A stretch of 64,000 nucleotides of DNA from an uncultured Leptospirales bacterium (GTDB lineage: Bacteria; Spirochaetota; UBA4802; UBA5550). A model generated the notes under the pieces. That model saw only the letters and a list, made by a program, of their open reading frames with translations. It was not told the DNA's origin and searched no databases. Shown here piece after piece: positions 32,107-40,732 of this stretch (within the stretch, counting starts at the first letter, position 1; every line of letters starts with the position of its first letter). The DNA is taken from contig CAZHNW010000002.1 in the NCBI GenBank assembly GCA_964534225.1, positions 20,581 through 84,580 on the forward strand, in the 5' to 3' direction. The translations under genes and the position numbers were made by a program.

Positions 32107-33438
32107 ATGCCAAGGCTGAAAGATATCAGGGGTCACACCCGTCTTTTCCTCGAGGATTACTCGAAAAAAATTTTAAGAAGTGAAATGATTCGCGCGGGAA
32201 TCGTGGCATCTATTTCCTTTATTGCCATGACATGGTTTTTTGTTACTCTCTTCATTTTTCCTGATTACTTCCCCTCGGCGGCATTGAAGGAGTTCAGGGG
32301 GATTTCGATTTTTGCCTGGCTCGCCCTTGTTTTTGTTCTTCTGGGTGTCTATGAAATTATTTTTATGGGCGTTTTAAGGATGTTTATGAAAAGGGAGAGG
32401 AAGTTTCCCCTGGCTCCCCGGTTCTTTAATGCCTTTATCGAAATATCTACCCTTTCCCTGGTCATCTTTTTTTCAAGCCGTGCCGGCCTCGGCATTGAAT
32501 CGATTTTTACGCCGACAATTTTTCTCTACTTCATTTTTATTGCCCTTAGCTCCCTGCGTCTTATTGTCAGCCTTTCATTTTTTACCGGTTTTGTCGCTGC
32601 TGCAGAATATATCATTATGGCCTTCACTTTCATGGAAAAGTATGCCGCAACAGACCAGACCGGCATGGCATCTGTGGCCTACTCGCCCGGCTTTCATCTT
32701 TCACGGGGCCTGATTCTCTTTGCCGCGGGTCTCGTCACCGGTTTTGTTTCCTACCAGATCAAGAGACGACTCGTCAGTTCCCTGGAAAGCATTGAGGAGA
32801 GAAAAAGGGTACTTACCATTTTTGGCGAACATGTCTCACCCCAGGTGGTAACGCGTCTTGTTGAAGCGGGGGGGGAGATCAGCAATGAGAGCATCTATGT
32901 CTGCATCATGTTTTTTGATATTCGAAATTTCAGCTCCTTTTGCGAAAATCACAGTGCTGAAGAGGTAACAGGTCTACTCAACTATCTCATCGAATTTATA
33001 GTGGAGATAGTTGATGAACATCACGGCATGGTGAACAAGTTTCTCGGTGACGGGTTTCTTGCCCTTTTTGGCGCCCCCTTTCCATCGGGGGATGACTGTG
33101 CCAATGCGGTTATGGCGGCCCTTGCTATTGTTGATCGTCTCGAGGAGGAGATCAGAAAGGGCTTTATTGAACCGGTACGTGTCGGTATCGGTATACATGC
33201 GGGAGATGTTATCTCAGGTAATGTCGGTTCTACTCGCCGTAAGGAATATACTATTATTGGCGATGTGGTCAATATCGCCTCCCGCCTGGAGCAGTTGAAT
33301 AAAAAGTTTTCCTCGACGCTGCTGGTCTCCGGCGAGGTGTGGAAACAGCGGGGAGATCTTTCGGTAAAAGGTGAAAATCTTGGATCTGTCGCGGTAAAAG
33401 GGTATTCTGCACCGGTGCCGGTTTACCGTCTGCGGTAG
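32107..33438 (+). CDS. membrane-anchored class III adenylate/guanylate cyclase
   Basis: 443 aa. Six-ish N-terminal TM helices. Cyclase-homology domain motifs IMFFDIRNFSSF and KFLGDGFLALFGAP. Confidence 0.85.
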   Translation: MPRLKDIRGHTRLFLEDYSKKILRSEMIRAGIVASISFIAMTWFFVTLFIFPDYFPSAALKEFRGISIFAWLALVFVLLGVYEIIFMGVLRMFMKRERKFPLAPRFFNAFIEISTLSLVIFFSSRAGLGIESIFTPTIFLYFIFIALSSLRLIVSLSFFTGFVAAAEYIIMAFTFMEKYAATDQTGMASVAYSPGFHLSRGLILFAAGLVTGFVSYQIKRRLVSSLESIEERKRVLTIFGEHVSPQVVTRLVEAGGEISNESIYVCIMFFDIRNFSSFCENHSAEEVTGLLNYLIEFIVEIVDEHHGMVNKFLGDGFLALFGAPFPSGDDCANAVMAALAIVDRLEEEIRKGFIEPVRVGIGIHAGDVISGNVGSTRRKEYTIIGDVVNIASRLEQLNKKFSSTLLVSGEVWKQRGDLSVKGENLGSVAVKGYSAPVPVYRLR

Positions 33439-33640
33439 TTAAACTTCCCCCCCCCTCATTATTTTTTTGCATGAGGTCTGCGCGACTGGTCAAATTCCGA
33501 CCGGACTGTCTTTAATTCTTGACAAGGAATTTAGTTTTTGTTTTATTGTTGATTGACATGTCAGTCATTAAGTTCCGGAAAGATGATTCTAACCGGGTGT
33601 CTGATTTCTTCATGTCTTTGGGAGAAGGAGGAAAAGAAAT

Positions 33641-36202
33641 ATGAAAAAAGCTCTGGTACAACTGTTTGTTTTTGTTTTCATACTTTTTGGTTTTTTCGGG
33701 TGTGATGATCCCTATGAGTCCATATTCGATAACAGGCCTGATTATCCCACCGGGAGAGGATGGTCCTATATGGGACCTGAATCGCAGAATCCCTTTAAAT
33801 TCGCCAATAAAACATACAGGGTAAAATTTTATAAAAATGACGGGTATATTAAGACCTCGTCATTAGGATACTGGACAGGCAGCAGTGACGAGGCTGTGGT
33901 TTTCTACCTGAAACCGGCGGCACTGGGTCAGTATATTCTCATGGACAGGGATCATAAATATCTTTCTGTTTTTGGTTCTCTTGTTATCAGGTCCGGGAAT
34001 CTTACCAACAATGTGATATGGGAAATTGCCAGTTCCGGGGATGATAATATATTTGTTCTTCGTTCACTGGAAAAGCAGAAATATCTTGCTGTTGGCAGCA
34101 GTGGAGCCCTGAAGCTGGTTGATTCCCTTACCACGCGATGGAACACAAAAAGGGAAGAGTGCGGTATTGTTTTTTCTGAGGTTGAGGCTGATTTCTCATT
34201 TCCCGAGGCGGAGATAAATGTGGCCTTTACTGATGATGCTGGCAACAGTGTCTCTCCCGGAAATGCCCTGCAGCGTCCTGCCCCGGAAGAGGAAATAATC
34301 GGTTATGCAGACGTTCATACCCACCTGAACCACTACCTCGGATCAGGACAGGCGAACTTTGTGGGTGCCAATTTTTCCCCCCTGGGAATACAGAAAGCCC
34401 TTGATGACTGCGGTTCTATTCATGGCATTAATGGTACCATGGATATTTTTGGCATGGCACTGGATGGCCATACCACCCATGATACAGGAGGATATCCTGA
34501 TTTTCCCTTCTGGCCCACATCATATTCAGAAACCCACCAGCAGGCCTATTACAGGTGGCTCGAGCGGTCATGGCTGGCAGGGCAGCGTGTCCTGGTGCAG
34601 CAGTTTGTGAATAATGAGATACTGGGAGAAATCCGGCGCCGACTTCCCCTGGCAGATCCTGATGCCCCCACCAATGACATGGTTGTCTGTGAGATTCAGA
34701 TGAAGAATATGTATGCCATGCAGGAATATATCGATGCCCAGAGCGGCGGTCCCGGCAGGGGCTGGTTCAGGATATGCACCTCATCAAAAGAGGCCCGCCA
34801 GGTTATCAGCGATGGTAAAATGGCTGTTTTTCTTGCTATTGAGGTAGATACGGTTTTCGGTATCGAGGATGATATCAAGGGAATGGCCGAAGCCGGCCTT
34901 ATTCCTGAAAGTGACTGGGCAAAGGCGAAGGAAAATATTCTCAGTCAGCTTGAAATGTTTTATGATCTGGGGGTTCGCAGTATTTTTCCTGTTCATGCCT
35001 TTAATAATGGTTTTGCCGGGGCGCAGCTCTACCAGGCCCCCATGTTTAACCTGGTTAACTGGGTTGAGCGGGGTGAGTTCTACAGTGTAGAGTTAAGCCC
35101 CAATCCCCGGGTGACCTACCGCGAAGGGGGGATAGAGGTTCAGGATCAAAAGGTCATGGAAGTCCTTGAATCACTCGGCTTTATTGATTCTCTTGTTCCC
35201 CTTGTGCCGGCAGGTTCTGATGATGGTACCTGGGGGCACTCCAATAAGGTTGGCCTATCAGCCACGGGTGAATGGCTCATAGATGAACTGGTCAAGCGGG
35301 GGATTGTGGTGGAAGTTGACCATATGAGTGACCGGTCTCTGAACCGGACCCTTGAACTTCTCGAGGAAAAGAGGTACCCCGGTGTTATTGCCAGTCATAC
35401 CCGTATTATAGACATGTATCCTGACGGCAATACCGATGCATGGGAACAGATGGATATCCCCCGCATGATCCGTGTCATGCGTCTCGGGGGGATTATTTCC
35501 CCCATGCTCTGGTCTACCATGGCAGAAGAACAGAAGTGTGCCGCAGACCACCTGAAGCTGATGATCGAAGGGGGTGGGTATTTTGGTGATGCGAACCATA
35601 AAGATTATGATTACCGCTATACCCGTTTCAACGAATTCGATCCCGGTATTGCCAATTATGACGGCGGCAACCTGATCATAAGGCCTTCATGGTATAACTG
35701 CAATGATAATCCTGACGATGACCTGATCCTTGGTATACCCTTTGCAACGGATGTCAACGGGGCATGCAGGCTTCCGGCCTTTAAGCCCTATGGTGCGCGT
35801 GAAAACGATAACATGGACCCGGGAATCTACGGAACCTATAACGAAGTCAAACTTCCCCGGGACGAAACGGGCAGGTATACCTTTGGTACCCTCTACCCGG
35901 GAGTCTACCAGCCGGGGGTCACTGCCCTGTTCAGCCAGCAGAAAACGGGTAACAGGGTTTTCGATATCGAGGCATCACCTGGAGTGGCACATTATGGCCT
36001 GATTCCTGATCTTATTAAAAAGCTTCAGAGCCGGCCAAAGCAGGTCAACCAGGACGCCCTTTTTCATTCAGCAGAGGCGTACCTGAGGATGCTTGAACGA
36101 ACAGAACGGTACAAGGAAAATCCTGACGAGATAAAGAATGGCTGGAATGCATGGCTTGAAAGCATGAATGACCAGCTGCCCCTTGAAAGGCATATGCAGT
36201 AG
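33641..36202 (+). CDS. large lipoprotein with ricin-like/beta-trefoil N-terminal region and a membrane-dipeptidase (peptidase M19)-like TIM-barrel domain
   Basis: Lipobox FFGC. Segments align by eye to M19 dipeptidase blocks: ADVHTHLNHY, LAIEVDTVFG...FYDLGVRSIFPVHAFNNGFAG, GIVVEVDHMSDRSL...PGVIASHTRI. Catalytic assignment unverified. Confidence 0.5.
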   Translation: MKKALVQLFVFVFILFGFFGCDDPYESIFDNRPDYPTGRGWSYMGPESQNPFKFANKTYRVKFYKNDGYIKTSSLGYWTGSSDEAVVFYLKPAALGQYILMDRDHKYLSVFGSLVIRSGNLTNNVIWEIASSGDDNIFVLRSLEKQKYLAVGSSGALKLVDSLTTRWNTKREECGIVFSEVEADFSFPEAEINVAFTDDAGNSVSPGNALQRPAPEEEIIGYADVHTHLNHYLGSGQANFVGANFSPLGIQKALDDCGSIHGINGTMDIFGMALDGHTTHDTGGYPDFPFWPTSYSETHQQAYYRWLERSWLAGQRVLVQQFVNNEILGEIRRRLPLADPDAPTNDMVVCEIQMKNMYAMQEYIDAQSGGPGRGWFRICTSSKEARQVISDGKMAVFLAIEVDTVFGIEDDIKGMAEAGLIPESDWAKAKENILSQLEMFYDLGVRSIFPVHAFNNGFAGAQLYQAPMFNLVNWVERGEFYSVELSPNPRVTYREGGIEVQDQKVMEVLESLGFIDSLVPLVPAGSDDGTWGHSNKVGLSATGEWLIDELVKRGIVVEVDHMSDRSLNRTLELLEEKRYPGVIASHTRIIDMYPDGNTDAWEQMDIPRMIRVMRLGGIISPMLWSTMAEEQKCAADHLKLMIEGGGYFGDANHKDYDYRYTRFNEFDPGIANYDGGNLIIRPSWYNCNDNPDDDLILGIPFATDVNGACRLPAFKPYGARENDNMDPGIYGTYNEVKLPRDETGRYTFGTLYPGVYQPGVTALFSQQKTGNRVFDIEASPGVAHYGLIPDLIKKLQSRPKQVNQDALFHSAEAYLRMLERTERYKENPDEIKNGWNAWLESMNDQLPLERHMQ

Positions 36203-36219
36203 TCTCTTATTATTAAGAA

Positions 36220-36259
36220 TAAAAAAGCCGTCCGGTGCTGAACCGGGCGGCTTTTTTTT
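36220..36259. terminator. bidirectional rho-independent terminator between convergent genes
   Basis: AAAAAA-AGCCGTCCGGT-gctga-ACCGGGCGGCT-TTTTTTTT. The T-run overlaps the stop codon of the pyrophosphatase gene. Confidence 0.6.
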
Positions 36260-37913
36260 AAGAAGACCGGCTGATAACCTCCGTCAGGTAGGGAATAAGC
36301 TGCTTTTTCCGGGAAAGGATTCCCTTCATGCTGTAGATGTCTTTCTGGATTTTCGGGTAGGTGAGTGATGCCTTTACTTCCTCATCGCCGGCAATAAAAA
36401 AGATACTGTCCAGTTCGGTAATGTCGGTAACGAGAAGGGCAGAGAAAAGGAAATTTTCCGATTTCTGAAGTTTGTTGAGCTCTTCAAGTATTTTGTCCTG
36501 CCTTTCCATTAACTCTGTCAATGTGGTAACTTCCACCTGGCTGACCGAATAGGAGGTGTCTCCCTGGGGATAACGTTTCATGTCCATTGCAAGGATTTCG
36601 TTGACGGGCTTTTTACCGATCTGTGAAGCGGCATGCATGATATCATTGCCAAATTCTTCGATGGAGAGATCGGTTATTTCCGCAAGGTATTGTGCCACAT
36701 TCCTGTCTGTATCCGTGGTGGTGGCGGAGCGGAGTATAAGCGTATCAGAAAGGATCCCCGCAAGGAGAAGGGAGGCAATATTTTTCTGCATGGGAATCTT
36801 TTGTTCCAGGAACAGGGTGGCAATAATCGTGGATGTTGATCCCACGGGCTTGTTGATAAAGGTAATGGGGTAGGTGGTGGGAGGATTTCCCAGCCGGTGG
36901 TGGTCGATGATCTCGAGAATTCGATAGTTTTTAATGCCCTCTGCCGCCTGGGAGAGCTCGTTATGATCGACGAGAATGACATCAATGTTCGGCTCTCCCA
37001 TCAGGTCTCCCTGGCTGAGAATGCCGATGACCCGTTTTTCCGCGTCTACTACGGGAAGGGAGCGTGAAATACTGGCGCTTATCTTTTCGTGTATGTTCTT
37101 GATATACTGGTCTTCTCCAAGGGGCTCAAGGGCATTGTCTGCCATGAATTTGACAGGTGTGGCATAGAATGAAAGGAGAGAGCTTGTTGCCGTATCAAAG
37201 GGGGAGATGAGCAGGGAGGTCTTTTTTTTCTCCGCCAGTTCCCTGACGTCCTTCCGGATTGTTTTCCCCCCTGTAACGACAAGGCAGCGAATACCCCTTT
37301 CGATGGCGGCCCGGTGAACCTCGGCCCTGTTGCCTGCGATGATAATAATATTTTCACCGGGGATGGAATCGATAAATTCACTGATGGTCTCAAGGTCTGA
37401 TGCCGCCACCAGGAGGCGCGCCTTGAATACCTCGTCGCCATGAAAGGTAATGATCTCCTGGGCGTTGAGAGTCTGGCTCAGCATGGTGATGGTCGTGGGA
37501 ATAATGTTTTGCCGGTGAGGATCGATTTTTTTCAGCATGTTTTGCGCAAAGGCATTGTAGTGAAGTACCGAGGTAAGTCTTTTACTGTCATCAACAACAG
37601 GAAGCATTTTATGGTTGTCACGGTTGAGGATTTCAAGGGCTTCCCAGAGTGGTGTTGATTCATGAACTGTCAGGGGGGAGATGCTCATATAGTTTCTTAC
37701 ACGCGGTACAAGGTCACTGATGAGACGTGGTTTTTCTACATCGAAGCGCCGCAGTATGTAGTCAGTCTGGGGATTTATTTTTCCCACGCGAACCGGGTAG
37801 CATTCAGAAGCACCCTGGAGTTTTTTCAAATCCGCATAGGCAATGGCAGAAACCACGGAATCGGTATCGGGGTTGCGGTGACCGAGGATATAGGTTTGTT
37901 TCTTCTGTTTCAT
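36258..37913 (-). CDS. CBS-domain-containing manganese-dependent inorganic pyrophosphatase (family II, DHH/DHHA2)
   Basis: 551 aa. DHH motif I GHRNPDTDS, motif DHNE (ILVDHNELSQ), inserted CBS pair, C-terminal DHHA2. Confidence 0.85.
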   Translation of the reverse strand: MKQKKQTYILGHRNPDTDSVVSAIAYADLKKLQGASECYPVRVGKINPQTDYILRRFDVEKPRLISDLVPRVRNYMSISPLTVHESTPLWEALEILNRDNHKMLPVVDDSKRLTSVLHYNAFAQNMLKKIDPHRQNIIPTTITMLSQTLNAQEIITFHGDEVFKARLLVAASDLETISEFIDSIPGENIIIIAGNRAEVHRAAIERGIRCLVVTGGKTIRKDVRELAEKKKTSLLISPFDTATSSLLSFYATPVKFMADNALEPLGEDQYIKNIHEKISASISRSLPVVDAEKRVIGILSQGDLMGEPNIDVILVDHNELSQAAEGIKNYRILEIIDHHRLGNPPTTYPITFINKPVGSTSTIIATLFLEQKIPMQKNIASLLLAGILSDTLILRSATTTDTDRNVAQYLAEITDLSIEEFGNDIMHAASQIGKKPVNEILAMDMKRYPQGDTSYSVSQVEVTTLTELMERQDKILEELNKLQKSENFLFSALLVTDITELDSIFFIAGDEEVKASLTYPKIQKDIYSMKGILSRKKQLIPYLTEVISRSS

Positions 37914-37933
37914 GTGAGCTGGTTCTCCCTGTC

Positions 37934-38200
37934 TCAGAGAAGGGACCCCTGGAGGTCATCTTCGTCGGCAATTTCTCCCGTCTCTTCTTTGACCTTGATT
38001 TTCTTTTTTTCTACGGAGTCATCATCGCCCGTCTGGAGGATCTCTATCTTCTTTTCAGCCTCTTCCAGTTTTCCGTGACAGAGGCGGGCATACTGCATGC
38101 CCTTTTCGAATTCAGCGATTGAATCTTCAAGGGAGAGTTCCCCCGTTTCCAGTTTGCGTGCAATCTCCTCGAGAGAGGAGATTGCATCTTCGAATTTCAT
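37934..38200 (-). CDS. xseB: exodeoxyribonuclease VII small subunit with acidic C-terminal extension
   Basis: Core FEDAISSLEEIARKLETGELSLEDSIAEFEKGMQYARLCHGKLEEAEKKIEIL. ATG at 38200 preferred over the GTG at 38269, which would overlap xseA by 56 nt. Confidence 0.75.
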   Translation of the reverse strand: MKFEDAISSLEEIARKLETGELSLEDSIAEFEKGMQYARLCHGKLEEAEKKIEILQTGDDDSVEKKKIKVKEETGEIADEDDLQGSLL

Positions 38201-38213
38201 GTCTGCGGGTATT

Positions 38214-39509
38214 TTACTTTTTCCCAATGGTGTCTCCTTTATTGATTGATTCGACTCTGCAGCCGGCACTTCCGTCTGCCAGGAGTATTTTTATTTTTTG
38301 ATTTTCTGCCAGGGACGTTACACTCCTGACAAGGGTTTCTTCTTCGTTCTTTATAACGGCATAGCCCCTTTTCATAACCTGGAGGGGGGAGAGCTGCTCC
38401 AGTGCCTGAAGGGCCATGTTATACCTGTGGTTCAGGGCATTGACCCGTTCCCCTGCAAGACGGGTGATGTCAGGGATGGTGAGGAAGTCTTCTTTTTTGC
38501 GGGAGAGAGTCATCTTTATGCTGTTCAGGAGGGAGAGTTCGTATTCCCGTAAAAGCATTTCGCGGCTGGCAATGAGTTCAATGGGATCCCTGAAAATGCG
38601 GCGGTCCATAACACTGTCGAGACGGTTTTCCGCCATGGATATCATGGTGGCCAGGGCCTTTTCACATCGCGCAAAGAGGAAGTTGATTTCATCAGTAAGG
38701 TCCTGTTTAACGGGGATGGCAATTTCCGCCGCTGCTGACGGTGTGGGGGCGAAGGCATCAGCAGCATCATCGGAGAGGGGATGGTCGATCTGGTGTCCCA
38801 CGGCGGAAATAATGGGGACGGTACTCTCCGCAAAGGCCCGGACAACGGGCTCCTCGTTAAAGGGCATCAGGTCCTCAAAGGAACCTCCTCCACGGCCGGC
38901 AATGATGACATCAATGCCGTAATGGGGCCTGTTCAGCTCCCGGATGCCCGTAACGATGGTGGGGGCGGCGTCATCCCCCTGTACCTTTGCCGGTGCCAGG
39001 ATAATCTCTATGGAGGGATAGCGCCGCAGGGCCACCTTGATGATGTCCTGGATGGCGGCCCCGGTGGGAGAGGTGACCACGCCGACACGGCGCGGCAGAA
39101 AGGGAAGGTCTTTCTTTTTCTCCGGGTCAAAGACTCCCTCTTCACTCAGTTTTTTCCTGAGCTGCTCGATTTTTTTTTGAAGTTCTCCTTCGCCTTCGAT
39201 TTTAACTGAAGAGACATTAAACTGGTAGCTGCCCCGTTTTTCGAAAACGGTGACATTACCGAAGGCAAAGATACTCATGCCTTCCTCGAGGCGGAACTTC
39301 AGCTTCCTGTTGGCATACTTGAAAAAGGTAACGGAAATGAGGGCATTTTCATCTTTAAGGGTAAAATAGATATGCCCTGATGAATGATAGGTAAGGTTAT
39401 AGATTTCACCCTTCAGCCAGATGCCCGTGAAGGCATCCTGCTGTTCAAGGGTTTTCTTGATTTGGCGTGTAAGCTCAGTTACGGTAAAAATTTTTTTGTC
39501 CATATCCAC
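38214..39509 (-). CDS. xseA: exodeoxyribonuclease VII large subunit
   Basis: 431 aa. N-terminal OB-fold, central catalytic region, C-terminal coiled segment. Upstream of xseB. Confidence 0.9.
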   Translation of the reverse strand: MDMDKKIFTVTELTRQIKKTLEQQDAFTGIWLKGEIYNLTYHSSGHIYFTLKDENALISVTFFKYANRKLKFRLEEGMSIFAFGNVTVFEKRGSYQFNVSSVKIEGEGELQKKIEQLRKKLSEEGVFDPEKKKDLPFLPRRVGVVTSPTGAAIQDIIKVALRRYPSIEIILAPAKVQGDDAAPTIVTGIRELNRPHYGIDVIIAGRGGGSFEDLMPFNEEPVVRAFAESTVPIISAVGHQIDHPLSDDAADAFAPTPSAAAEIAIPVKQDLTDEINFLFARCEKALATMISMAENRLDSVMDRRIFRDPIELIASREMLLREYELSLLNSIKMTLSRKKEDFLTIPDITRLAGERVNALNHRYNMALQALEQLSPLQVMKRGYAVIKNEEETLVRSVTSLAENQKIKILLADGSAGCRVESINKGDTIGKK

Positions 39510-39562
39510 CTGTGTTTCTTGATGGATAATGACGACGGAACCAGAAAAATTTCAATGATTAT

Positions 39563-39907
39563 TTAACCCCAGAAAACCATTTCAGGGTCCTGGTCAATCT
39601 CATCGAGAAGGTCATCGATATTTCTCGAAGGTTTTGCCTCGCTGTACTGGTGCCACTTTTCACGGCGGTCAGCCCAGTAGAGAGACCAGGTTCGTTTTCT
39701 CTGGTTATAGCGAAACTGTGCAACCTTGAAGTTGCTGGATTCTTCGGGTTCATAATCACTCTTCATCTGTTCAAAGAGTGTTATGATATCCCCCCTGATT
39801 TTGTACCCAACCATGTTCTCTTCGATTTGACTTTCCGGAACACAGTTGCAGCAGTAGGTGGCGAGCTTCTGCTCGGCCCTGCACTTAACTTTTTGTGGTA
39901 AAGCCAT
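39563..39907 (-). CDS. hypothetical protein (114 aa)
   Basis: Start taken at MALPQKVK. The longer track ORF would overlap the inositol monophosphatase gene. Conserved-looking WSLYWADRREKWHQY segment. Family not recognised. Confidence 0.4.
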   Translation of the reverse strand: MALPQKVKCRAEQKLATYCCNCVPESQIEENMVGYKIRGDIITLFEQMKSDYEPEESSNFKVAQFRYNQRKRTWSLYWADRREKWHQYSEAKPSRNIDDLLDEIDQDPEMVFWG

Positions 39908-39944
39908 AACAACACCCCGGTAATTTTTTGTATAACAGATTATA

Positions 39945-40730
39945 CTATATCGAGGCGAGTGTGTCAATAAGGGATAAATGAATTTTTCCGTTAGATGCAA
40001 TAATTTCTGCGATTTCCGGGTCAAATTTGCGGCCGTTATATGCCGTAACGGTTCCACCGGCTTCTTCGACGATTATTGCCCCTGCCGCCATGTCCCAGGG
40101 CTGCAGTTCAGGCTCCCAGTAGCCGTCTAATCGGCCGCATGCGACATAAGCAAGGTCAATGGCGGCTGAACCCATGCGGCGTATGCCCTGAACATGGGGG
40201 AGAACCCGGGAAAACTGTGCGAGATTGTTTTTTGCGGGGTCTTCTTTTTCGTAGGGGAACCCGGTGGCGAGAAGTGAAATGCCCATCTCTTCAGTGTCTG
40301 AAACGGAGAGGCGACTTCCATCAAGAAACGCTCCTCCCTGGTATGTGGCACTGAAGAGTTCCTGGTGAAGGGGATCATAGATGACTCCCGCGGCGACCCG
40401 GTCGAGTTCCCTTGAAAAGACACCGATGGAGACACAGAAAACGGGTATGCCGTGGGCATAGTTGTTTGTCGCGTCAAGGGGATCGATGTACCAGATAAAG
40501 TCACCGGGTGATTCTTTTCTGCTGCCCTCCTCGGCGATGATGGTGTGGCGGGAAAATTTTTCGCTTACCGCTTTGAAGAGAAATTCTTCAGAGGCATGGT
40601 CCATGTTGGTGACAAGATTTGTTCTGCTTTTATAGGAAACCTCTGTCGAGGCGGAACGGAACCCCTCCAGGAGAAGGGCCCCGGCTTCGCGGGAGATATC
40701 AACGGCAAAGTCACGGATTTTTTCAAGCAT
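39945..40730 (-). CDS. inositol monophosphatase family protein (SuhB-like)
   Basis: 261 aa. Metal-binding motif WYIDPLDATNNYAHGIP and C-terminal IMPase fold region. Confidence 0.85.
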   Translation of the reverse strand: MLEKIRDFAVDISREAGALLLEGFRSASTEVSYKSRTNLVTNMDHASEEFLFKAVSEKFSRHTIIAEEGSRKESPGDFIWYIDPLDATNNYAHGIPVFCVSIGVFSRELDRVAAGVIYDPLHQELFSATYQGGAFLDGSRLSVSDTEEMGISLLATGFPYEKEDPAKNNLAQFSRVLPHVQGIRRMGSAAIDLAYVACGRLDGYWEPELQPWDMAAGAIIVEEAGGTVTAYNGRKFDPEIAEIIASNGKIHLSLIDTLASI

Positions 40731-40732
40731 AA

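Noticed and set aside
31822-32183. Two overlapping small ORFs upstream of the adenylate cyclase gene
   Set aside because: Within a 220-nt promoter region, mutually overlapping, no support.
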